From a virus (lineage: Duplodnaviria > Caudoviricetes), in IMG/VR virus record IMGVR_UViG_3300042935_001404: 64,000 nucleotides of DNA; one strand, written 5' to 3'. Every line of letters starts with the position of its first letter. The first letter of the stretch is position 1. Positions 35,393 through 44,263 of the stretch are shown piece by piece. Under the pieces are notes generated by a model. The model was not told the origin of the DNA. It did no database searches and saw only the letters and a list, made by a program, of their open reading frames with translations. The position numbers and the translations under genes were made by a program.

Positions 35393-37075
35393 ATGGCAAC
35401 ACAAGCAAGCGTACGAAGTATTGATAATGCCATAGATGCCAGCACTCCAGCCGCGGCAGCACCGCCCAAGGCCAACGCGGCTCCTAGCGTCAGCAAAAAT
35501 ATTGCAGTTGGCCTAATAGAAGCACTAAACAACACAGAAGCCGAGTTGGTAAAAAAAGGTGTGTGGGAAGTAGCGAACAAGTATAGCGTAGAATTTGCCC
35601 CAGCTGCACTTGGCGACGCCCGTGTTACCAAAGGTGGAAAGCCCAACAAAGCCAAAGTTCCAATGCAACAGGCAAAAAATCCTGCAGACAAAGTGAACCC
35701 TGCAAGCAACTCTGCTGATTACGATGTTAGAACATTTGACTTTCGTGCTGGCACACCAGTTGTGGTTATCCTCAATGAAATATTAAAAAACAGCACGTAC
35801 ATTGCTGATCAGGCAGCGTATATCAACGATGAAGTCACTACTGAAGTAAAACCTCAAAAACCCCTGGGTGACCTGGTGTGGTATAAAATTTCCGTGCGAA
35901 CCACACCAATAACTCCGTTTGATACCAAGCGCAATGATTTCGCTTATGATATCACCTATGTAATTTCTGCATATCCCATAAACAGTATGCAAAGTGAATA
36001 TTTTCCCAAAAGCAAAATCCGTGGACGCCACAAAAGTTACAAATACTGGTTCACTGGACAGAACACACAGGTTCTTAAATTTGAACAAAAGTTTAATAAG
36101 TTATATGCTACAACTTTCACCAATCCAAAAATCTTAACAGATACCAGGATACAAAACAACAGAGAATCACCACCACGAGAATTTCAGGCAGCAGTGGCTG
36201 GCAGCAGTAATCAAGGTGCTGAAGGTCAGGCCAACGCAGTGGGTGCATCAGCCGCTGATTACCTGTACAGCAAAACAGACATTGCCAACTGTGAGTTAAC
36301 TATTGTTGGCGATCCGGCCTGGCTACAACAGGGCGAAGCTGCCACAGGAATCAGTTCAACAAATTATAATTTTAATCCGTTCAATGCTGACGGCTCAATT
36401 AACTTTGACGCTCAAGAAATTATTTTTGACCTACAATGGAATCCAGGTGTAGATTATGATTTGACAGGCACTGGATTGGCAAACCCCAATGTTTCTAGCG
36501 CACCACAGGCCATTTATACATACAAAGCATCACACTGTGTTAGCAAATTCAGCAGAGGTAAATTTGAACAAAATCTCAAAGGCGTGTTCATTGATCTATT
36601 AGATCCAGCCGGTGCTGCCAAAGCCGCAACAGCGGCAGCAAAAGTAGAACGAGCCGATGTGGCCGAAAGTGTGTTTGATCCTGGGGTTCGTCCGGCAGCA
36701 TTGGAAAATGCAATCGCCACACCAGCACTGCCTGATCAAGCAGAACAAGCAGAACGTAATTACGCTGCCACAGTTCTTGCTAATACTCCAACTGAAACAT
36801 TAACCAATCCTCCACAAACAGTTAACCCAACACCAGAGCAGGTTGAGTCAACTACTGCGTATCAAAATGCACTGGCTGCAGGTGCAACACCAGAAGAGGC
36901 AGCGGTTGTATCACAACAAAGTCTAGGTGCCAACACAACATCACTTGAATCAACTGCCGCGTATCAAAATGCACTGGCCGCAGGTGCAACACCAGAAGAG
37001 GCACTGATTGTAGCACAACAAAGCATTGGGCCAGCCGGGACTGCTCCAATCCAACAAATTAATAGAGAAACATAA
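35393..37075 (+). CDS. Baseplate hub-like protein, part 2
   Basis: GGAG SD; Y.Y.FTGQNT.VL.FE..FN and LTIVGDP.W motifs; C-terminal Ala-rich repeats. Confidence 0.5.
   Translation: MATQASVRSIDNAIDASTPAAAAPPKANAAPSVSKNIAVGLIEALNNTEAELVKKGVWEVANKYSVEFAPAALGDARVTKGGKPNKAKVPMQQAKNPADKVNPASNSADYDVRTFDFRAGTPVVVILNEILKNSTYIADQAAYINDEVTTEVKPQKPLGDLVWYKISVRTTPITPFDTKRNDFAYDITYVISAYPINSMQSEYFPKSKIRGRHKSYKYWFTGQNTQVLKFEQKFNKLYATTFTNPKILTDTRIQNNRESPPREFQAAVAGSSNQGAEGQANAVGASAADYLYSKTDIANCELTIVGDPAWLQQGEAATGISSTNYNFNPFNADGSINFDAQEIIFDLQWNPGVDYDLTGTGLANPNVSSAPQAIYTYKASHCVSKFSRGKFEQNLKGVFIDLLDPAGAAKAATAAAKVERADVAESVFDPGVRPAALENAIATPALPDQAEQAERNYAATVLANTPTETLTNPPQTVNPTPEQVESTTAYQNALAAGATPEEAAVVSQQSLGANTTSLESTAAYQNALAAGATPEEALIVAQQSIGPAGTAPIQQINRET
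36845..37030 (+). repeat. 102-nt (34-aa) tandem repeat
   Basis: EST.AYQNALAAGATPEEA..V.QQS.G at 36845 and 36947. Confidence 0.9.
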
Positions 37076-38604
37076 TGTCAGATAATATTATTAGAAATGG
37101 TGGCACTGCCCAAAACTACAAACTTGATCGTGGCGGCACGCCAGCAGACTTTGGACCATTTGTTGGCGTAGTAAAAAATAATGTTGATCCTACTAGACAA
37201 GGTCGACTACAAGTCTACATTGAGCAGTTTGCTGGACCAGACCCAGAAGATAAAACACTATGGCGTACAGTGAGTTATTGTCCAGGGTTTTATGGATCTA
37301 CTCCACCGAGCCCTGGCAAAAAAGGCGACACCACCAGCGTTGGTGGATACCTTGACGGTAATCCACAAAGTTACGGCATGTGGTTCACTCCACCTGATGT
37401 TGGAGTCAGTGTACTGGTAGTGTTTGCTGGCGGCGACCCAAGTCTGGGATATTACATAGGTTGTATTCCCAACGCAGGCATAACGCATATGGTTCCTGCA
37501 ATTGGATCAAGCAAGGCGTTTGACCTGCAAAACAGTGATCAAAAAAGCTATTACAATGGCGCCACAGTGTTGCCGGTAACTGAAATCAATCCAAACAATT
37601 CTAAAATTGATGATAACCCACAGTTCTTTAACCAGCCAAAACCAGTACACAGTTTTCTAGCCGCAGAAATGTTCCAGCAAGGAACACTTGGCGATACACA
37701 ACGTGGACCTATTGGATCAACCAGTCAGCGAGAAAGTCCCAGTGCTGTGTTTGGAGTAAGCACTCCAGGCCGCCCAGTATACCAAGGCGGCCTAACCGAA
37801 TCTGACATTAAAAAACGTATTGCTGCCGGGTCGATTGCTGCCGCTGATGTCAACGTGATTGGCCGCAAAGGCGGACACAGCATTGTGCTTGACGATGGCA
37901 ACTTGGAAGGCGACGATCAACTGGTGCGAATTCGCACTGCTGGTGGACATCAAATCACCATGAGTGATGACGGCAACTTCTTTTACATCATACATGCCAA
38001 TGGCCAAGCGTGGTTAGAATTTGGACAAGAAGGCACAGTTGATGTGTATGCCACAAACTCAGTTAATGTCCGCACTCAAGGCACAATTAATCTACACGCA
38101 GACAAAGATATCAACATGTTTGCCGGCGGCACAATCAACATGAAAAGTATGACAGGCACAACGTTAGAAAGTGAACGAACAATAACCTTGGCCAGCAACA
38201 ATGAAATGACTCTTTACAGCAAGGCCCGTATTGGTGTACGTGCCGACGGCAGTCTCGCCGTGGTCAGCAACAATGGATCTTGGAACGCAGGTGGTGCAAT
38301 GGTATTGCGAGCCGGTGGAATTGATCTCAATGGCGGATCGGCTGAAAATGTAGAACCTCCTGTTAAATTAGAAAAACGCATAATGCCCGACACTGAATTC
38401 AACAATGCAACAGGTTGGCAAATATCGGCCACAGGATTAGAAAGCATTGTGACACGAGCTCCTACACACGAACCATGGCCATTCCACAATCAAGGTGTAG
38501 AAGTCGAAGTTGCCATGGAGGAAGGACAGCCGACTACTCCGCCAAACACTCCACCATTGCCATCAGGTTGGGCAGGAACAGTAACAGGTGCGTCAAATGG
38601 CTAA
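37075..38604 (+). CDS. gp5: Baseplate hub spike (gp5/VgrG-like; OB fold plus beta-helix)
   Basis: GVVKNNVDPTRQGRLQVYI, YGMWF.PPDVG..VLV.F, IRIRTAGGHQITMSD; no T4-lysozyme motifs seen. Confidence 0.8.
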   Translation: MSDNIIRNGGTAQNYKLDRGGTPADFGPFVGVVKNNVDPTRQGRLQVYIEQFAGPDPEDKTLWRTVSYCPGFYGSTPPSPGKKGDTTSVGGYLDGNPQSYGMWFTPPDVGVSVLVVFAGGDPSLGYYIGCIPNAGITHMVPAIGSSKAFDLQNSDQKSYYNGATVLPVTEINPNNSKIDDNPQFFNQPKPVHSFLAAEMFQQGTLGDTQRGPIGSTSQRESPSAVFGVSTPGRPVYQGGLTESDIKKRIAAGSIAAADVNVIGRKGGHSIVLDDGNLEGDDQLVRIRTAGGHQITMSDDGNFFYIIHANGQAWLEFGQEGTVDVYATNSVNVRTQGTINLHADKDINMFAGGTINMKSMTGTTLESERTITLASNNEMTLYSKARIGVRADGSLAVVSNNGSWNAGGAMVLRAGGIDLNGGSAENVEPPVKLEKRIMPDTEFNNATGWQISATGLESIVTRAPTHEPWPFHNQGVEVEVAMEEGQPTTPPNTPPLPSGWAGTVTGASNG

Positions 38605-39127
38605 GTTTACATTTGCATTGCCAAACGGCCAATTTTTTACACTGGACGGCCCTGCAGGTGCTACACAAGCGCAAGCAGAAAAAATATATCTTGAACAGTT
38701 GGCTGCCGGTGCATTTATTGGGCTGAGATCAGGCGACCAGTTACAGCCAATTGAAACAACACTAATACAATTTACTCAATCTCGTCTTGATCGCGGCACA
38801 GCAGGTGTTCCAGATACGCCGTTGTTGGCAATTTATAATGGTGGCGTAATATCTTCGTTGCCTGTTCTTGCCAATGTGCCCATTAACAACGGCATCACAG
38901 TGGCAGACTATGTGGATCAATCAACTGTGACAGAAGGAATTGGCCCTCTTTCAACATCGCAAGTACAGGCAGTGATGGCAGCCGTTGCAGCCAGTGTGTG
39001 TCAACCTGCTGATGTAGTAACCGACGAACTAGGTGTTGGCAAGTATGGACTAAGTGCGCAACAGTTAGAAGACGCTGGGTATTTAAAATGCGGCACCACT
39101 GCTAGATTTTTAGGACAACAACAATGA
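38597..39127 (+). CDS. Baseplate-associated protein carrying the first half of a lysozyme-like segment
   Basis: Start MAKFTF at 38597; ends GVGKYGLSAQQLEDAGYLK. Confidence 0.5.
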   Translation: MAKFTFALPNGQFFTLDGPAGATQAQAEKIYLEQLAAGAFIGLRSGDQLQPIETTLIQFTQSRLDRGTAGVPDTPLLAIYNGGVISSLPVLANVPINNGITVADYVDQSTVTEGIGPLSTSQVQAVMAAVAASVCQPADVVTDELGVGKYGLSAQQLEDAGYLKCGTTARFLGQQQ

Positions 39128-40392
39128 TTGGATTAACTGATGTATTGAAAAGTCCCAGCGTATGGACCGGCAAAGATGGAGTTGCCGGTGTTGTAGATTT
39201 GTTGAAAAATCCTCCACTACAAGATAAAATACAGTTTGGATTAATGAAGTCTAGTTTTGACACCTTGGTTAAAACTGGAGAAATTGTAACTCCTGGTACA
39301 GATTTAAAAGCACCAACTGGCTTGTTATACAATGCGGCTGCAAATGCCGGAAAAAGTTTGATATCTCCCACTGCTGGTCTAGTAGAAGTTCCTAAAGAAC
39401 TAGGTAGTCTAGCTTCTGGCAGTTTATCTAGTTTAACCGGCGGATTGGCCAATGCGTTAAAAGGAGCAGGAGTTGACTTGGCAACAGGAAAAATTCCTGC
39501 AGTAGAATCAGCATTTGCGTCAAACGGGATTTCTGGAGCCGTTGGAGCATTGTCTGGAGCATTATCAGGTGTCACCGGAGCTCTTGGCAGCACAGCCAGT
39601 AGTATCACTAGTAACTTAGGCAGCGTGTCGACATTGGCCAACAACGGAACAGCACAACTTGGTGGACTATTGGCCAATGCCAGTAAATATGGAGTTGGCA
39701 CAGCAGTTGAATGGGCTAAAACTACATCTGGAGCCACTGGTGCGATAGCAGGAATATCTGGCGCACTATCGGGTGTAACCAATGTATTGCCTGGAGACAT
39801 TGGTGGAGCAATTAAAAGTGCCACAGGCGCATTATCCGGCGCACTCGGTGGTGCCGCCGGAGCATTAACTGGCGCCGCCAGTAAATTAACATCTGGGTTA
39901 ACATCTAAAATGGATTCGTTGGCCAAACAAGGAGAGTTTGCAGTTAACTTCAGCGACACTAAATTGCCGGCGGCAGTGACTGGTATTGTTCCGGCCGCCG
40001 GATTTAAAGGAACCATTGATAGATCTACACTAAATGCGGCAACTGCTAAATTAATTGGCAGTGATAAAATATCATTGCCTGACTTTAGCCCGCAAGCACT
40101 TGACACATCTGCACTGACTGCTGCCGCAAGCAAGGCCAAAGGATTACTGGCAGGTGGATTAGATGCAGGTGGATTGCTGGCCAGGGCGTCCGGTGCTGGC
40201 GGGTTAGGCAGTATAACAGCGTCAATAAACGGTGCTGTAAGCAGTGCTACATCTGCATTGAGCAGTGTAACAGGCAGTGCAGTGAGCGGTGCGTTGGGTA
40301 AATTACCCTATGCAGGAACAGATTCAAACACATTACTAAGACTAGGACAATCGCCTGATCCATTGGCAGCAATCAAAGCTAGATTAGGGTAA
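39124..40392 (+). CDS. Gly/Ala/Ser/Leu-rich protein; N-terminus continues the lysozyme-like segment
   Basis: ATGA overlap; LKSPSVWTGKDGV..LL.NP.LQ; GALSGAL repeats. Confidence 0.5.
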   Translation: MIGLTDVLKSPSVWTGKDGVAGVVDLLKNPPLQDKIQFGLMKSSFDTLVKTGEIVTPGTDLKAPTGLLYNAAANAGKSLISPTAGLVEVPKELGSLASGSLSSLTGGLANALKGAGVDLATGKIPAVESAFASNGISGAVGALSGALSGVTGALGSTASSITSNLGSVSTLANNGTAQLGGLLANASKYGVGTAVEWAKTTSGATGAIAGISGALSGVTNVLPGDIGGAIKSATGALSGALGGAAGALTGAASKLTSGLTSKMDSLAKQGEFAVNFSDTKLPAAVTGIVPAAGFKGTIDRSTLNAATAKLIGSDKISLPDFSPQALDTSALTAAASKAKGLLAGGLDAGGLLARASGAGGLGSITASINGAVSSATSALSSVTGSAVSGALGKLPYAGTDSNTLLRLGQSPDPLAAIKARLG

Positions 40393-40395
40393 ATA
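40390..40395 (+). promoter_or_regulatory. Late promoter core TAAATA
   Basis: TAAATA-TTACT-ATG(40401). Confidence 0.6.
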
Positions 40396-40400
40396 TTACT

Positions 40401-40775
40401 ATGACAACATTTGTAGGATTTAACACAATCAACCAGCCAAAGAAGTTTACACTAGTAGACTTTGAATTGATCAAGCGTGACTTGTTGAATGCATTTAACA
40501 TACAGCAAGGGCAACTGGTTGGACGTCCTGGTTACGGCACAGTGATCTGGAGTTACCTGTTTGAAAATCAAACACAAGATACTGAGCGAGCAATCCTGGC
40601 AGAAATACAACGTGTGGCCGGACTAGATCCAAGAATCTATATTGAATCTGCTGAACTATTCCCACAGGACAACGGCATACTCATACAACTTGCAGTAAAC
40701 ACAGTGCCTGGTCAAACAACACAGTTCTTGTCATTGTTTTTTGATCAGCAAAATCAAACTGCGGGCTACGTGTAA
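40401..40775 (+). CDS. gp25: Baseplate wedge protein gp25
   Basis: D.ELIKRDLLN.F....G....PGYGT.IW..LFE, DPRI. Confidence 0.9.
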   Translation: MTTFVGFNTINQPKKFTLVDFELIKRDLLNAFNIQQGQLVGRPGYGTVIWSYLFENQTQDTERAILAEIQRVAGLDPRIYIESAELFPQDNGILIQLAVNTVPGQTTQFLSLFFDQQNQTAGYV

Positions 40776-40828
40776 ACATAAACTGGGTGGTTTATTTTCG
40801 CCATAAATAATCTACAAGATGGATTATT

Positions 40829-43800
40829 ATGGCAAAAACTACTAGACAAACTGCGGTATTTGGTGTTGAAGATTGGAAACGGATCTATCAAACCTACCAA
40901 GAAGCCAACTTCCAAAGCTATGACTTTGAAACTCTTCGCAAGAGTTTTGTTGATTACATACGACTGTACTACCCAGAAACATTCAACGACTACATTGAAA
41001 GCAGTGAATTTATTGCTCTACTAGATGTGATGGCATTTATGGGTCAGGCATTGGCCTTTCGTACTGATCTTAACACACGTGAAAATTATCTAGACACTGC
41101 TGAACGTCGTGACAGTGTGGTTAAACTTGCTAACCTGGTCAGCTACACTCCCAAGCGTAATACAGAAGCATCCGGATACCTCAAAGTATTTTCAATTCAG
41201 ACCACAGAAAACATTGTGGACTACAACGGCATTAACCTGAGCAACATCACTGTTAACTGGGCCGATCCAACCAACTTTGACTGGCAAGAACAGTTTACTG
41301 CTATCTTGAATTCCGCACTGGTCAACACACAACGTTACGGCCGTCCTGGCAACAGAACCACCATCAACGGAATTCGCACAGACGAATACACCGTTAACTT
41401 GTTGCCAGGTTTCTTGCCAGTGATCCCCTACAGTTCTGTTGTTGACGGCGTCAACATGCCATTTGAAGCTGTCAGTGCCACAGCCAGTGGCCTTGGTTAT
41501 GTATACGAACCTAGCCCACGTCCTAATGGACAATTCAATGTGTTGTTCCGTAATGACCAGTTGGGCTTTGCTTCACCCAACACAGGATTCTTCTTCTTGT
41601 TCAAGCAAGGTGTACTACAGAATCAAGATTTTAACTTGCCAGAACGCATTGCCAATCGTGCAGTGAACATCAACATTGAAGGCGTTAATAATACTGACCG
41701 TTGGTTGTATCAATTGGATAACGTAGGTACCATTAGCCGAGAGTGGGAGTTTGTTGAAAGCGTGTACACTGCCGCAGCCGAACAACTCACAACACTGCGT
41801 CCAATATACTCAGTTACTAGTAGAGCCAATGATCAGATCACCATGAACTTTGGTGATGGTGTGTTCTCTGAAATTCCTGTTGGCACTTTCCGTGCGTATG
41901 TTCGTGCATCAAATGGATTGCAGTACATTATCAATCCAGAAGAGATGCAAAATGTTCTATTGAGCATCAGTTATGTCAGCCGCAGAGGACAACTGGAAAC
42001 ACTTACAATGACATGTGGTATTACTGAACCAGTGAGCAATGCTCTTGCTCGTGAAACCATTGCTGAGATCAAACAACGAGCGCCTGCTCGTTACTACACA
42101 CAAAATCGCATGGTCAACGGCGAGGACTACAATAACTTTCCGTTCACTCAGTACAATTCAATTATCAAAAGCAAAGCATTGAACCGTGCTTCAATTGGCA
42201 CAAGTCGATATCTTGATCTAGTTGACAACACTGGAAAATATTCAAGTACCAACACATTCTCCAGTGATGGTGCTCTGTACGAGTACAATGCGTTGCCAAC
42301 TTTTTTGTTCACTTGGTTGACCACAAACGAAATCAGTGATGTTATTACCAATCAAATTGAAGTCAACTTGGCCAACAGTCCTGCCAAACAATTTTACTAT
42401 GCTAACTTCCCTCGTCCATCGTTGATACCACTGGCAGTGACCTGGAACGAAAGCACAACATTGGCTAATGAAACCACAGGTTATTTTAAAAATTCTGCAG
42501 GAAACCCAGTGTCAGTTGGACAATATGCCAGCAACAACATGCAATATGTCCAAGTTGGTAGTTTGATCAAGTTTGTTCCTCCGTCAGGATATTACTTTGA
42601 TGCCAATAATAAACTAGTGCTAGGCACACCAACTCGAGCAGATGAAAAGTTGATAATCTGGGCGGCAGCAACGGCAATATACAATGACGGAACAAATCAA
42701 GGACTTGGCAACTTTAGCAATGGTCTTGGTCCAGTGGTTCTCAATAATTTTGTGCCCACTGGCTCGGTATGCAGTCAAGTTATTCCGTTGTTTGTTACAG
42801 ATTTGGGAACAGATGTTCGTAATGATGCTGCCGCACAAATTGAATTGTATCGCAATTTTGGCCTGGGTTATAATAACCTGACCAAGACCTGGTATTTAAT
42901 TACTTCAAACAATCTTGCAATTGACGCCACCTGGAGTCAAGCATACGCAGGCAACACATCCGGCACAAACTTAGACGCCAGTTGGTTCTTGCAATTTGTA
43001 ACTGATGGCGAATCATATACAGTTACAAGTCGTGCGCTGAACTATTACTTTGGATCAGTTCTACAAACACGCTTTTTCTTCTACGGTGACGAACAAATTT
43101 ATGATAGTCGCACAGGAACTACTATTCGCGACTTTGTCAAAGTATTAAAAACAAACAGCAAGCCAGATTCAAACTTGCCACTGGAAAGCGATATTTCAAT
43201 GCGTATCATTGACCAGCCAGTTCAACCAGACGGCTATGTTGATGACTATCAAGTGTTGGTTTCATGGCAAGACAACGACGCTGACGGCGTGCCAGATGAT
43301 CCAGACTTTTTCAACACCATTGTTGCACCCAATGTAAATCCCACAACTAAAAATGTGTTCTTTCAACAAATTGTTGACTTTGACAATCTAGAACGTTATG
43401 TGTTGGTAGAGCCTGGAGTTATAAATTCTCAGTATGCCACACTAGATGACATTGAAGTGGTAAAGGCACAGTACATAGTCGGACAGGTGTTTTATGCATA
43501 TGGTGTTTACAATACCACAACACTGGTGTACACAACACCACCGGCATTTTACATCTTGTCATTGACTGCCACCGGCACTACTGAACTGGTGACCACAACT
43601 GATTACATAACTCGCATTGGCCGCCAAGACTTGTTTTTCCAATACAGACACAACAGTTCATTGACCAATCGCATTGATCCAGGATCAACCAACATCATTG
43701 ATGTCTACGTGGTCACACAGGCATACTACACTGCATATAGAAATTACATTGTAGACTCAACGGGAACAGTTCCAGAGCCAGAACCACCATCTCTGGACAC

Positions 43801-44263
43801 ACTGACCACCGAGTATGCAGGACTACAAGACTACAAAATGATTTCTGACAATATGATCATTAACTCAGTTGACTTTAAGCCGTTGTTTGGCATCAAGGCA
43901 GCACCAGAGTTACGTGCAACTATCAAAGTTATTCGTGCCAGTGGATCCACTGCATCAGTCAGCGAAATAAAGAGTTTGGTAGTGTCCTTCATCAATAGTT
44001 ATTTTGCAATTGAAAATTGGAATTTTGGTGATACGTTCTATTTCTCAGAACTATCTGGATACCTGCACCAGAACATTGGCGATGTAGTGAGTTCTGTTGT
44101 GTTAGTTCCAATAAGTCCGCAAAAGAGTTTTGGCGACTTGTATGAAATACGGTCAGCACCAAATCAGATTTTTGTTAACGCAGCCACAGTGGCAGACATT
44201 CAAGTAATTGAAGCACTGACCAGCACAAATCTTAAAACTGCCCCTGGCAGCGGAGTAATTTAA
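40829..44263 (+). CDS. gp6: Baseplate wedge protein gp6 (extended)
   Basis: SYDFETLR, FNDYIESS, ENYLDTAERRDSV..LA....Y.PKR, FGDG..IP, IKQRAP..Y..QNRMV..EDY. Confidence 0.9.
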   Translation: MAKTTRQTAVFGVEDWKRIYQTYQEANFQSYDFETLRKSFVDYIRLYYPETFNDYIESSEFIALLDVMAFMGQALAFRTDLNTRENYLDTAERRDSVVKLANLVSYTPKRNTEASGYLKVFSIQTTENIVDYNGINLSNITVNWADPTNFDWQEQFTAILNSALVNTQRYGRPGNRTTINGIRTDEYTVNLLPGFLPVIPYSSVVDGVNMPFEAVSATASGLGYVYEPSPRPNGQFNVLFRNDQLGFASPNTGFFFLFKQGVLQNQDFNLPERIANRAVNINIEGVNNTDRWLYQLDNVGTISREWEFVESVYTAAAEQLTTLRPIYSVTSRANDQITMNFGDGVFSEIPVGTFRAYVRASNGLQYIINPEEMQNVLLSISYVSRRGQLETLTMTCGITEPVSNALARETIAEIKQRAPARYYTQNRMVNGEDYNNFPFTQYNSIIKSKALNRASIGTSRYLDLVDNTGKYSSTNTFSSDGALYEYNALPTFLFTWLTTNEISDVITNQIEVNLANSPAKQFYYANFPRPSLIPLAVTWNESTTLANETTGYFKNSAGNPVSVGQYASNNMQYVQVGSLIKFVPPSGYYFDANNKLVLGTPTRADEKLIIWAAATAIYNDGTNQGLGNFSNGLGPVVLNNFVPTGSVCSQVIPLFVTDLGTDVRNDAAAQIELYRNFGLGYNNLTKTWYLITSNNLAIDATWSQAYAGNTSGTNLDASWFLQFVTDGESYTVTSRALNYYFGSVLQTRFFFYGDEQIYDSRTGTTIRDFVKVLKTNSKPDSNLPLESDISMRIIDQPVQPDGYVDDYQVLVSWQDNDADGVPDDPDFFNTIVAPNVNPTTKNVFFQQIVDFDNLERYVLVEPGVINSQYATLDDIEVVKAQYIVGQVFYAYGVYNTTTLVYTTPPAFYILSLTATGTTELVTTTDYITRIGRQDLFFQYRHNSSLTNRIDPGSTNIIDVYVVTQAYYTAYRNYIVDSTGTVPEPEPPSLDTLTTEYAGLQDYKMISDNMIINSVDFKPLFGIKAAPELRATIKVIRASGSTASVSEIKSLVVSFINSYFAIENWNFGDTFYFSELSGYLHQNIGDVVSSVVLVPISPQKSFGDLYEIRSAPNQIFVNAATVADIQVIEALTSTNLKTAPGSGVI

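Noticed and set aside
39106-39112. A_TTT_TTA as a programmed -1 site joining the split lysozyme-like ORFs
   Set aside because: It is not a canonical XXXYYYZ heptamer, and the ATGA overlap already explains the second ORF.
39102-40139. 345-aa antisense ORF (also 14908-15714, 10761-11417, 32404-32850, 8068-8496)
   Set aside because: These are shadow frames of low-complexity or codon-biased genes on the opposite strand, with no SD, promoter or motifs.
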